This document shows, in pieces, positions 48,866 through 62,640 of a stretch of 64,000 bases of DNA. The position numbers and the translations under genes were made by a program. This DNA is from Curvularia clavata. Taxonomy: Eukaryota. Within the stretch, counting starts at the first letter, position 1. Each line of letters opens with the position of its first letter. The stretch covers positions 496,001 through 560,000 of the forward strand of contig CP089280.1 of NCBI GenBank assembly GCA_023920165.1, written 5' to 3'. Under the pieces are notes generated by a model that was given only the letters and a program-made list of their open reading frames with translations, ran no database searches and was not told the DNA's origin.

Positions 48866-51800
48866 TGTAGCTATATATAGACGAAACCATACCCTACCCA
48901 GAACTGCTTATTAAGACCCAATTAAGGGCTAGATTAGATCTAATAAAAACCTATACCTAGATATTAGTACTAGATACCTTCTAAACATATTAAGTAGATT
49001 TTTGATACTTTTCTATACTAGATTTATAAAAATGTACTAAATCTAAAATATTTTTATCATTCTACGCACTTCTATATATATTTAAATACTACTTTCTACT
49101 AAAATTAATTAAACTAGTTTTATTTATACTATCATATTATATTGATAAATTCATTCTAGCTAGTAATAACTTCTAAAATAATATTATAATTTATTTATCA
49201 AAACTTTATCTAAGTCTAATTTTATCCAGAATTACTCTAAATATTTCATACTATTATATTTGATATTTATATAAATAGAATATCTTTGATCTTCTGCTAA
49301 CTAAGGTTTTTGAATTTAGACCGTCTATACTAATTATAGTTAAATTGACCTTAAAGAAATTATATAGATTATACTAAAATAGAAACTTATAGACTATTAA
49401 AAATCTATTAGCTATAAAAATACCTATTAATAGCTGATTAGATATTATCTAGCTTAGAAGAGTCTTCTAGAAAGTTACTATAGTTCTAAAATCTCAAGTT
49501 AAAAAAACAAAATATATAGTAAATTACTAGCTATTAAAAAGAAAGAGAATTTAGAAGAAGATAAGACTAGCTTTTTTAAGATAGAAATTAATAAATTAAA
49601 TAAATAACTTATATAGCTATTCTACTACAATACTATAGCTTTAGATTAATCTATTTTTTCTGCTAAATTACTACTAACTATTACTAAACTAACAAAAACT
49701 TAATCTAGAAAGTATTAATTAGTAACTCTAAATCTACTATATATCAGATTTATAAGATATAATTTTTCTATTAATAATTTTAGTGATAGAATAAAATCTA
49801 TATTCTACTAATAGCAAGTATTAATATAAAACTATTTAATAATTTATATAGACTTTTATTTAAGTAAATATATATATAGCTTTAGTCTGAAAATATACTA
49901 TAGATATTACTAAAAGATATCTAGAACTATAGTATTTAGCTAATTTAGTAGAAGACTAGTTCTAAAACGCTAAAAATATAATAGCTATTCTAAAATTATA
50001 TTTTATATTTAGTGATAAATAAGTACAAAGCTATACTACTTCTTATCACTTACTTACAGAAAAAAAAAGATCTTACTAAATTTAAAATAAAATTTATAAA
50101 TACTACTATTAATAAGTCTATATTGAAGTAAGAGTAGTTTTTATACTAATAGAAAAAGATTATCTCTATTTTATATATTTTAAACATAGATTTTAAATAC
50201 TAGTGGTATAACTCTATTAATAGAATAATATAATATTTTACTGTCTTTAATACTGAATAAAAGAATACTCTTTTTAGAGATGGTTTAGAATCTATATCTA
50301 ATGATTTTTATATTCTACTAATAGAATTATATATTAATTGATGTTAGAACTACTATTTAAATATATATAAAGTCTAATATAAACTAACTCTAATCTAATC
50401 AAATACTTATTCTAAAACTTTCTAGTTCTTTTTAAAAATCTCTATACTAAATAGTAATCGAACTACTAGTAAATACTATAATTATAGAAAATCTAGATAT
50501 TATATAGATAAATATTCTATTTTTCAGATTTAAAAATAAAAGTAAAAAAAAGAAATTAAAAAATTATGTAAATACTTATTAGAGGAAAACTAAATAGAAA
50601 CTTATTAGATCTAGGAAAACTCTCTACTTCAGATATACTTCAATATATTTTAGCTAAAATCAATTTATTCTACTTATTTAGATAAAACTAGTTTCCAGTT
50701 TCTACTATTTTTTATTCAAAAAAGTTTAGTATTAGCTTCTACTCTTTGGTTAATAGTAAAGTCTAAAGTTTTTTATTTTTAAGTTCTACTATCACTTATA
50801 TTCTTTTGAGCTCTCTTTAGGTTTCTAACTAACAACTTTTTTTTAGAACTGTAGTTAAAGAATTCTATACTTAAATCTAAACTGAACTAAATAAATATAC
50901 TTGGTCGTATATTTGAATTAATAGAAAAAAGATTTATAACAATTTTTTTATAATTATAAATTTAGAAATATAGAACTAGATATTTGGAGATGAATAGTTG
51001 AAATATCTCTAGCTTAAATTTAATACAAACTAGAACTAAATTGTATAGCTAGCTAAACATCTTTTAATATATAATTCTATACTTTCTGATTTTATATAGC
51101 TAAAATAACTTTTAGTTAATACTAATATAAAATATAATATATAGGGATAACATAAACTATAGGAATAAAACAAAAATCAGAGATAGAATAGCTCTTATAA
51201 ATCTCTTATATCAAAGATTAGAAAATCTTTTAAACTTTCTAAAATTTATCTACTACTATCTATTCTTAACTCTACTTTAGACTTTATCTAATTAATATTT
51301 TTACTCCACATTACTATCATATCAATAAATATCTTCTATTACTTTATAAGATATAAAGAAAATAAATTCATTATAATAAATATCTATGAAATTAATTGTA
51401 TTTTAAAGATTATATGAAGCTTGATAATTCTTAAAATACTAAACTTGATTTGAACTAATTTCTATCTACTTACTATTTATATCATAATATTTTAAGTAAA
51501 ATAGCTATAGAGCTACTATCTAAATACTATCTATATAACTATAAAATTATACTAACTAAGTCTTTCCAAAATTAATTCAGCCTTCTATATAAATATAGTA
51601 TTAAAAAATTCAAAGCTACTAAAGTATATATACTAGAAAATTCTAGAAAAGGATACATTAATTTAAAGAACTACTTCTTTATCTCTCTAGTTCTCTATGT
51701 TCAAAAGCTAAATAGAGATATCTATATCTATACAGATTACTATAGACTTAATATAATTACTAGAAAAAATATGTTTAGTACTATATACTAATAAGCTTCT

Positions 51801-54800
51801 AGTCTATTTCTATGGAATAAAAATTTCTACTAAGCTTAATATATATAAAATATTTAATAAAATCTAAATATACTCTGACTTAGAAGAGTATACTATATTT
51901 TATATTAGATATAGAATCTATAAATGTGAAGTATTACTTCTTAGATTATATAATAGCTCTATGATATATTAACACTATATAAATAAGATATCAATTAATT
52001 ATTAAGATAGCTTGTATATAGTCTATCTAAATAATATTTTACTTTACTCTAAATTAAAACTAGTCTATTTCTACTTTGTGTAGCAGATTCTAGAACGGCT
52101 CAAATCAGTAAGTTTTTAAGTTAACATTAAGAAAAGTAAAATCTATTTTATTTAGAATAAATATCTAAAATATAATTTAACTAGCTAAAATTGAAAGATA
52201 GATTTTAATAGAATAGAAGCTGTTTAAAACCAGATTTGATTTACTACTATTACTAATACAAACTTACTTCTAGGATTTACTAAATTCTATTAGTAATCTA
52301 TCTCTAAAAACTTATAAATCATTAAATCTTTTCTTACTTTTTAGAACTTTTAAAAAATTAAAATCTATACTATTAATAGTTTCTATATGATACTACTACA
52401 ATTTCAAATATAGTACTAAAATAAAAATTGATATACTTAATAATATTAGAATAGATATTCTCTTCTAAAAGTAGATGAAAAGCGATTAGTAGTTTAGAGT
52501 ATTTTTCAGTAAGATTCTATTGAGATCTAAGCTAAACTAAAAAATATATGATAAAAAACTATTTGCTACTATAATAGTATCTGGAAAATAGTAATCTAAA
52601 CTACAATTAGTACACTTCTATATTAATATATAACCGAAGGCACTGAAGCCTGAGGCACGAGAGCTTGAGGCCTCGCGTTCGAACCCCCCCTCTTGGACAT
52701 AGTCCTTTTTTGGATTTTTAAATTTTGGTGGGCTGAGGGGCGGCCTGCCTTTGTTTTGAGACCACTTTTTGATGTTGGCCAATCGCCACAGGCGAGCCAG
52801 TTATGAGAAACAAAAACAGAAATAAATAAATAACTACTATAATTCTAATTATCTACTTAGTATAATAAATAGAGGAATTATTATTCTTTAATTTCTATAT
52901 CCAATATACATTTAGAAAAAATGATAGCTATACTAAACTCCTTTTCTAATAGAAATGATATATATAAGAAATTTAAATATAGCTTTAATCAATAACTATT
53001 TATAGATCATCCTAGAACTATACTAAATTAATTACTAAATTAATTTTAAATTTACTCAAATCCATATAATCTAACTCTAAATAGAATGTTTTTTTTACTT
53101 ATAGTTAAGTCTATATTAGAGCAGATATTTCTTTATTTACTAGAGCGAATCAAGTATATTCTATAAAAGAATTAAACCTTATTTAAATTAGAGTAAAAAT
53201 CCTTTTTAAATAAGTACTAGATTAAAACTAATTTTTTTTCTATTATAACTATCTATATATTTATTCTATTTCTACTTTTATAACTTACTTTATTTAGGAA
53301 GTATATAACTAGATACTCTTAGCGTACTCTAATATAAAAAAGATCTACTGACTACTATTTTGAAAGTACTACTAGAAAGATATATTTTGAATAGATTTAA
53401 ACTCTAGAGATAACTTATTCTCTACTAATTCTTAACTAGCTGATATAGTATCTATATATTAACTTTAAACTTTTTTCTAAAACAAATCTAGTTATGATAT
53501 AATTATAGTTATAATTAACTAGTTATTTAAGTAGACTATCTTTATCTTCTACTATAAAACTAGTAATATAAAAGAGATAACTAATTTATTTATTTAATAA
53601 GTATACTAACTTAGTTATATACTTAAAACTATAGTTTCTAACTAAAAACTATAGTTTATTTTAAACTTTTAATTAGAATTTTACTAAATTCTGAATATCA
53701 AAATAAAGTTATTAAGTATGTACTAGAACAAAACAAATAGTTAGATAGAAATTATAAATAAATATATTAATCAAAGATTACGTCTATTTATATCCTACTA
53801 CTATAATAACTACAGTAATCTTCTATTTTCAATTAATTATACTTAAACTTTTTTATTATGTTTCTCTATCAGTATATCTCTATATTATATTCTATATAGT
53901 TCTAAAATCTAGTAGAGCTAAAATTAGAAATATTTTACTAACTTTCTTATCTTCATAGATAAACTTAACTATAAGAATATACTGGAAATAACTATCCATA
54001 TATATGATACTTAGATGATAGCTAAAAAATAGGTATAGAAAGTCTAGAATAGAATATAAACTATAGTTAACTAGAAATATTATCTTATTAACTAAGATAT
54101 AGAAAACATGGTCTTTCTAAATATTTAGAGATTTATATCAAACTATTCAAGCAGAAAGTTATTTTCTAAATAAAAAAAACTCGTTCAAATATTTTAAAAA
54201 ATAAAATATTTTCACTATTTAGACTTTCTAAAAGAGTTCTAAATCTATAATATCTTTACTTTACATCTACTATATAAAGGTTTTTAAAACTTTCTTCTAG
54301 AATAAGAATTTCTGAAGTCTTTAGCTACTTCTAGCTAAAATATAGAAAAAGAGAAAGTAGAAGAAATTCTAGTGGGTAAAATATATAATTTAAATCTAAA
54401 ATCGTAAATATAGTAGATTAGAAATAATTTAGACTCCATCTAGTATTTAGTTTTAAATTTTATAAAAGCTCTATATAAGCTTAGACTCTTCTATAAAGGA
54501 TATTTTACTAAACTGAAATTTGTATACTTTCTTAGTAAATAGATTATAGTATAAAAATAAAATACAAAAAATATAACTTTACTATAGAACTATAAAATTT
54601 AAAGTAAAAAAAATATAGAAATTTCATTAGATATTAGTGATAAAGAAAACTTAGATGTAAATTCTATAACTACTAGTAATCTTCTAAAATATTGTCTTAC
54701 TTAAAGTATGATATTAGAGTACTCTAACTTAGTATTAGCTATCTTTTAGTTAACTATATTTTTTATTCTTCTCAGAATAGAATAAACTAGACTATTCTTC

Positions 54801-56120
54801 CAACTTTTTAATCTCAAAGTTAATCTAGATATTACTCTAAGCTAATCTTATTTTAGGATATATAATTTTTTTTTTATAATTTTAACTATATTAACTAACA
54901 CTAAAATACTATTTTAAATGTTCCATAGAATCTAGTTCCAAATAATAAAAAGCCAATTAACTAAAAGTTTTTTCTTCTAAAATCTAATTATTTAGATCTT
55001 ATAGGCAATATCGAAAAGAGAAGTAGTAATTCAATTAGTTATTACTTTTAAATTAGCTTTAGCTATAGAGCTATACTAAGTAATAGTATATAGCTTAATA
55101 GTACTAATTAAATTAAAAATTTTTCTAGAGATATATTTAGAAATCTGCTTATATTAGCTAAGCTATTAATAGTGAAGAAAAAGAGAAATAAACTTGTAAA
55201 AATATTTTTTTCTTCTACTAGATATAATGAATATATTTTTTAAAAGAATTAGATAGATAAGTATAGATAATATAAAACTAATATTATACTAAGGCGTAGA
55301 TAGCTTATAGATAGATAAGGTAATATATATCTAGTAGCGTACTAAATAGATATTTAAAAGATATAGTAAAAATAAGTACGTCAAAATTATAACTGATATA
55401 TTTTCATTTAGAAGTATAGAAAAGAAAATTTAGTGGTAATACTATATTATCATTAATATATATACTAGAGAAGTAAATAGTTTTAGTATATATAATCTAG
55501 ATAGCTATTAAACTCTAACTATAAATAAATTACTAGTAACTTAGAGCTCTAATTAGAGCGTCTAAGTCTATCTAGTAGATAAAAGTAAATAGTCTAGTAG
55601 CTGGATAGTAAGATAGTAGTATTATATAAATACTAGAATAGTCACTAAAACTTAAGTATAGAGACTTAAATAAAAGATATATATAGCTACAAGAGCTATA
55701 CTAGAACTAAAGTATTCTATAATCTAAAGTAGTATAGTATAGCTAAAATCTAGAAAAATTAAAAATAGAAAACTTTATAGTATAGAGAAGAAGAATAATA
55801 ACTAGAACTGATAGCTATAAGATTAGCTATCTACTAGAAGAAAAGATAATTCAACTATATATAGATTGAACTTTACTTTAGCTAGAATAGCTTATTAAGA
55901 TTTAAGTACATACTAAGTTAAATCTAATCAAAACTTATATCTAGATATAAGTATCAGATATCTTCTATAAATATTTATCAGATTTTTAATATCTTTTTAT
56001 ACTAGGCTTATAAGTATCTACTAATTCTAAAGTATTTCTATTATCCTACACACTTCTATATATATTTAAGTGACACTTCCTACCAGAGCCGATTCGACTA
56101 GTCTTGCTCGTGCTGTTACA
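48866..56120 (+). mobile_element. Near full-length, very heavily decayed Gypsy-1 copy
   Basis: tgtagc...gttaca ends; TSD CGGAT/CGAAT; colinear with the reverse complement of the intact element, including the accessory region ~54700-55365. Confidence 0.92.
52633..52833 (+). repeat. Unmutated 5'-truncated copy of the A-tailed short repeat (SINE/LINE-end-like)
   Basis: GC-richer island in decayed pol; GTTCGAACCC, a T-run and an aaacaaaaacagaaataaataaataa tail. Confidence 0.7.
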
Positions 56121-56616
56121 CGAATAAAATAAAAATATAAAGCTATTTGTTAGCTAAAAGAAGCTAGTTTAGGCGAAATTTATAAAATAGCTTCTAAAGC
56201 TATGAGAGCTATAAATAGGGATATACTACGCAGTCTGAAAAAACTAAAATATGTATCATCAGATAAGAATAATCTAGAAATATCTAGTAAAACTCTTCAA
56301 GGAGTTTCAAAAGCAGAGGGCTAGACTATAACAACTAGTTAAAAAAAGCCAATTTGAAATAAAAGAAAGCAGAAAAATTGCTACTCTACAGTAAAATCAG
56401 CTTAAAAAATTACTAATATTAACTTTAGAAAAGTTATATTTTCTAACGAGTCGGGAATCCAGCGTGGATATAGATCTCTAGCCGAATCCTCTCAAAATAG
56501 GTCAAAATACCACCAAAATCCCAAAATGTACTATACTAAAAATACAAGTACGTTTGAAAAAATTTCTAATAAGCCAAAACATAGTTATATATCTATATAT
56601 AACTATATATATATTA

Positions 56617-57690
56617 CAGTGGGGGTTCATAAAAAAAAAGATACTAAAAAAAAGTAGTAGTTTTGGAACAACTATAACTCGGCCAATAAGATAGCTAGAA
56701 ATATGAAAGATACTATTTTATATAGGGAATGGTCAGCTGTTCTAATCTAGTATATTAGGTATATCTTAGTAAGCATATATAAAATATAATAAATCGTTAA
56801 AGTAGAGTAAGTTGAAAATTATAAAATAAAAGCTACTTTTTCGCGCTTAAATATCTTAGTATTTATACTTTTTAGTACATATATATAATACGTCTATATA
56901 TATGTATTATATATATTTCTTATAGCTATAGTGATCTATCTAAATAATTAATTATATAGGATTATAAATTTTGGGACTAGCCTATATAACTAGTAGCTTA
57001 GTAAGCTACTAGTTAGCTTATAGTATATATAGACAACTTTCAATCCCAACTAACTTAGATCTATATTTCCCCACTATAGATCTATATTTTTCGAAATTCG
57101 AACGTCAAATTAAAGCGTTTTTAGACGCCTGAACACTAATTAAAAATATCATAAATTACTATAAAAAAAACTAACGATCTATTTATAGCGATATTGATCG
57201 AATTAAAAAAATATAAAAAGCTATTAGTTAGTAAGAAAGAGTTAGTATTAGTAGAGTTCTAAAAGTGTCTTATAGGGCTAAAAGAGCTATTAATAGAGAT
57301 ATTACTAGAAGCCTAAAAAAGACAAATAAAAGATTATTACAAGAAAACAATCTAAATATTTCTTTTAGTATACTTAAAAGAGTATTAAAAGAAGAAGGTA
57401 GGGTAATAAATATTTGTTCAAAAAAAAAAGATATTAATTAAAGAAAAAGCTAAAAAAAGACTAGCTAATTATAAAAAACAGCTGACTAATCTAAGTAATA
57501 TTCATTTTACTAAGATTGTATTTTCAGACGAGTCTAGGATTGAGCGTGGGTATAGATCTAAAGCTGAATTCTCTAGAAATCGCCCAAAAAAACGATAAAA
57601 TCTAAAAATATATTCTACAAAAAATGTAAGTACGTTGAAAAAAATGTTTCTGATAAGCTGAAATATAGTAATATATGTATTATAACTATA
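56617..57690 (+). mobile_element. Decayed Tc1-B copy, truncated in intron 1
   Basis: TA-cagtgggggttcat TIR; exon 1 homologous to 39816 with stops and frameshifts. Confidence 0.88.
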
Positions 57691-57691
57691 G

Positions 57692-58005
57692 TTTAACAAC
57701 TTTAGAGTCTTCTCTACCTATTATTAGCTATCTAATAGATTTCTATCTATTAGAGTTATTATTATTATTCTAATTTAGATCTATACTACATTTTAGATTT
57801 AATATATAAAGCTAAAGATACTAGAGTTTAAGACACAGGAGCTTAAGGTCTTATATTCAAATTCCTCCTTAGATATAGTCTTTTTTTAAATTTTTAAATT
57901 TTAGTAGGCTAAGGGGCGGCCTACCTTTATTTTAAGACCACTTTTTAATATTGGCCAATCGCTATAGGCGAGCCAGTTATGACAAACAAAAACAGAAATA
58001 AAGAA
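57692..58005 (+). repeat. A-tailed short repeat copy
   Basis: Similar to 29735-30050. Confidence 0.75.
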
Positions 58006-58010
58006 TTATA

Positions 58011-60145
58011 CAGTGGGGTGACACGAAAAAAGATCACAAGGAAAAATAGCATTTTTCACTAGGCTATATCTTAGCTAATAAAATAGCTAAAAATATAAAA
58101 GCTTAAGATTTGTATAGAGAATTACCAGCTCTTCTAGTCTATAATCTAAAAAAAAGTTTAGTAAGTAAATAGCTCTTATAAAACAAAGCTAAACTAGTGA
58201 GAAAAAAAAACGTCAACTTTACACGTATTTTTCGCGCTGAGATCTTGCAATTTATATAGCTATCTATATATAGATATATACTATTAGTATATATATATAA
58301 TATATATTTTTTATAGCTATAGTTATTTGTCTAAATTAGAAGATATATATATAACTTATATTTTAGTAAATATATAAGATAATAATAGTAAATTACTATC
58401 TAATATTTTGTATACCAGCCCTTAGCTTCCACTACTCTATTATAGCGTTTGGGCATAGATAAAATACAGCTATCTATGTCTTTTTGTGGTATTTTATGCC
58501 ACTCTTGGTGAATAGCTGTAATAAACGTATTTATACTAGTCTCACTAGCGCCAGTGCCAAGACTAGAGCTTGGCAGCTTAGTAAGCCGATTTTTAAGTAA
58601 GCTCCATACGTTTTCTATTGGATTTAGATCTGGGCTATACGCTGGATGGTCGAAAAGTGTAATCTTATAGCGCTTAAACCAGTCTAAAACGTTTCTAGCT
58701 TTGTGGATTGTTGCGTTATCTTGTTGGAATTTCCAGCCTAAATAGATATAGATTAGCTAACTATAACCGTATAGTTAGACTTATATATATATATTTATAT
58801 ATTTAGATATATATATATATATTTAGATATATATATATATATATAAGTAAAAATATATAGCAGAACTTACCGCGTTTTATATTCGGTTTTATATATGGTA
58901 TTAGACATTTTCTAATATAGTGGTGATTTCGATGTTTAACTACGCTATTTGGCGTCTTAATAACCACTAGATTGGATCTGCCACCTATCCAAATAGCTCC
59001 CCAAACTTGGATAGTTATATCTTGGGCTAAAAATTGGCTTAGTCAGCTAGATATATAAAATATAATATATATATATAGTTATATATATATATATAACTAT
59101 ATTTTAGCCAATTAGAAATGTTTTTAAACGTATTTGTATTTTTAGTAGAGTATATTTTTATATTTTCGTGGTATTTTGGCCTATTTCGAGAAAATTCGGC
59201 TCGAGAGCCATATCCACGCTGGATTCCAGACTCGTCAGAAAATATAATCTTGTTAAAGTTAATATTACTAAGCTTTTTAAGCGTAGTTTAAGCGTACAAT
59301 AGCCGTTTTTTAGCTTTTTTAGCGTTTAAAATTGGCTTTTTTTGACTAGTTGTTATAGTCCAACCCTCAGCTTTTAAAACTCTTTGAAGAGTTCTACTAG
59401 ATATTTCTAGATTATTTTCGTTTAATAATCTATTTATTGGTTTTTTTGGACTGCGTAGTATATCTCTATTTAGAGCTCTTATTGCTCTAGAAGTTGTCTT
59501 AGAAATTCCGCCTAAACTAGCTCTTTTTGGCTCACTAATAGCTTTATATTTTCGTTTTATTCGAGCTATAGCGTTATATATAGACCGTGGATTTTTTTGA
59601 AAGTAATTTATTATATTTTTTATAGGTGTATTGCCGTCTAAAAACGCTTTAATTTGGCGTTCGAAATTCGACAGTTGTGGCTCCATTGTGTGGGGAATAC
59701 AGTTTTAAGTTGCTAGGAATAGAAAGTTATAGTTATATACTAGTTGATTACTAATAGCTGACTAAGCTAGTGCTTATATAAGCTAGTGCCAAAATTTAAA
59801 ATCTTATATAGCTACTTAACTAGATAGATAACTATAGCTTAAAACTCTATATATTATATATATATAGACTAGTAGTGTCTATCTATATATAGACATATAT
59901 ATAAAATCCAAAAAACAAGCGCGAAAAAATAGCTTAAAGTTGGCGTTTTTTTTTCTCTCTACTTTAGTATTCTTTAGTATACTCTGTATGCTTAGTAAGC
60001 AGTATTTCAAATACTAGCTTTTAAGATCTAGTAAATCTCTATATAAAGATTAAACTTTCTTATTATTAGTTATTATACAAGCTGAGATATAGCTATTTGA
60101 AATTAGCTATTTTTTCTTGTACTCTTTCTTTTTGTCACCCCACTG
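58011..60145 (-). mobile_element. Complete Tc1-A copy with inactivated transposase (59686 to ~58400)
   Basis: TA-flanked TIRs; premature TAA at 59288-59290; intron-1 donor GT changed to AT. Confidence 0.95.
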
Positions 60146-60149
60146 TATA

Positions 60150-61991
60150 ACGTCAAAGATCAGTAAGCTGCGCGGATCAGTAAGCTGCGCACCCCACCCA
60201 ACCTGACGCGACACTCTCTACAACCACCACAATGCCGCGACAACAACGTTCGATATAGACTTCACGTAAAGGTAGACTTTATCTTGCTGTAGTTTTATAT
60301 TAAAATAACTAAAAATAATCTCTCCGCGCACTTACAGCAGCGTACGACGTGCTAGAATCAACGCTACGAACGCGTCTCCGTAGTACCCAGCCACGAGCAG
60401 AGACAGTCTCTGTCAACCGTAAGCTATCACTAATTGAAGAGTAGTCTCTTGTAAAATGGATCCTAGCCCTTAATTAGCGTGGTTTCCCACCCCACATTAT
60501 TAACGTATAATGAATGGCAGACGCTCTACTTGCTACGCGTGGTCAAGATCCACCTCCACAATCTGTTGGCAAGAAGTAGGTATTGCGCTTTATCTAAGGC
60601 TAGACAGAGCTTTAGACAAAATAGACTAGAAGATTATATAGTTAGTACGCTTTCTATAAAAATCCTATCGCAATTGCAGCCTAGTTCAAGCTAGTAGAAG
60701 AGACGCGCCAAACGTACGGTGTTCTTGACTAGAATATCTACAACTTTGACGAGATTAGATTCGTGATAGGCGTTGCTATAACATCAAAAGTAGTTACTAG
60801 CTCTAATAGAGTTGGTAGAGCAGTTGTTGTATAGCTAGGCAATCGCGAGTGGGTTACAGCTATTAAGTGCGTCAACGCGTCTAGCTGGTCTCTCCCACCA
60901 TTTATAATTCTATCTGGTAAAGTCTACCAGGCTAGCTGGTATGATGGGCTCCCACTTGACTGGACTGTTGGTGTGTCAGGTAACGGCTAGACGACAGACG
61001 AGCTTAGTGTAGAGTGGGTAAAGCACTTCAATCAGCATATAGCGGCTCGAACAGCTGGAGTCTATTGGCTTCTTATCCTCGACGGCTATAGTAGCTACGC
61101 CACGCCAGAGTTCGACTAGTACTGCGCTAATAATAAGATTATTACTCTCTATATGCCCCCACATACGTCGTATCTGCTCTAGCCACTTAATATAGGCTAT
61201 TTTTCCCCGCTTAAACGCGTGTACGGTCGTGAGATTGAGGAGCTCGCTCGATAAGGTGTCTACTATATCGATAAGATCGACTTTCTTACAGTCTATATAC
61301 AGATCCGACAGACAGTTTTCACGTAGTAGAATATCTAAGCAGGTTTCTAAGCAATAGGTCTAATCCCTCTCTGTCCAGAGCGTGTTTTATTATCGCTAAT
61401 AGTCGTCCGAACGCCATCTCCACTACGGATAGACGTAGGCAGTACTACTATAACGTAGGCAGAAACGCCGCATATAGTAGAGCAGCTTTAGTAGCAGGTG
61501 CTCTATCTCCAAGAGCGGCTGCGCCAGCAACGCTGGCAGTTAGATAGCCTAATAAGCGTCACTATACGCCAGCTTACAAAAAGCGCTCAGCTTGTAATGT
61601 AATTAGCAATAATACTTACAGAAGAAAATAAGAAGCTACGTATAGCTAACCAGCGTTAAAAATAAAAGCAGGATGGGCGGCATTAATATATTGCTTCTAG
61701 TAGAGCTCTCCAGGTATAACGGGCTCAGCAGCTTACTGCAGAGGCAGAAAGAGTAGTTATGGGCACTAAGCAGAGTAAGGGCAATCAGCAACGTCAGCGC
61801 GCGCCACCAACGTATTCGAAGTGCCATATTCAAAAACACACTCGCACTTTATATAGAGATAGATAATTAATTATATCTCTTTATCTTATTAAATTTTATT
61901 GCGTTATTGTAAATCAATTGCGCAAAGAGTCGCGTCAGGTTGGGTGGGGTGCGCAGCTTACTGATCCGCGCAGCTTACTGATCTTTGACGT
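60150..61991 (+). mobile_element. Fot1/Pot2-like family A, full length, lightly RIP-mutated transposase pseudogene (60232 to ~61866)
   Basis: ~60-bp TIRs with an internal gatcagtaagctgcgc repeat; TA flanks; NFDE, LILDG and MPPHTS remnants with TAA/TAG stops. Confidence 0.95.
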
Positions 61992-61993
61992 TA

Positions 61994-62159
61994 TCTTCTT
62001 TATGCTTACTAACTTATATTTTTAATATTAGATCCCAACTACTAGCTTATCTCTATATAAAATACTAATCTTTATATTTCTAGCTATTTTATCAGCTGAG
62101 TTATATTCAATCTAAAACTACTACTTTTTAGAGCACCTTTTTGTTATGAACCCCCACTA
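61994..62159. repeat. Tc1-B right TIR, possibly closing the 56617 element
   Basis: Ends atgaacccccacta, complementary to the 56617 terminus. Confidence 0.7.
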
Positions 62160-62384
62160 TAATATTTATACATAGTATCTAATATATCTTATTTTTAGAG
62201 TTTAGAATCTAAAATTCTATATTTATATCTTTACTTGGATAGTATCTTTCATTTCAACTTTCTAATTTCTAGTAGATTTAGAGGCGGTCTGCCGCTTATT
62301 TATATCATATATATTTTAGGCCAATCACTATAGACGAGCTACTTATAGGAAATAAATATAGTCAAATTATATATATATATATAT

Positions 62385-62640
62385 ACTAGAAACTATAATT
62401 ACTAAAATATTTAAGCGCGAAAAAGTCGCATTTATCTTACTTTTTTCTTTACTCTACCTTAATAATTTACTAAATTTTTTATCTACTGACTTAGGTAAAT
62501 ATAAGAGTATAGTCTAAAACTACTAGCCAATCCCTATATAAAACACTAATCTTTACATTTATAGCTATTGCATTGGTTGAGTCATAGTAATTCTAAAACT
62601 ACTACTGTTTCGAGTACTTTCTTTCTATGTCCACCCACTG
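62385..62640. repeat. Another Tc1-B-type right TIR
   Basis: Ends tgtccacccactg-TA; contains the family tttaagcgcgaaaa motif. Confidence 0.75.

Larger units (their letters stand above)
48687..56616 (+). mobile_element. Decayed Tc1-A fragment (exon 1) split by a Gypsy-1 copy
   Basis: 48687-48865 and 56121-56616 are colinear with ~6570-7235. Confidence 0.88.

Noticed and set aside
52640..52712. Possible tRNA gene
   Set aside because: B-box-like motif only; no cloverleaf could be drawn and it lies inside a dispersed repeat
60158..60191. Direct repeats in Fot1 TIRs as a CRISPR-like array
   Set aside because: Only two units with no spacers; typical of transposase-binding repeats
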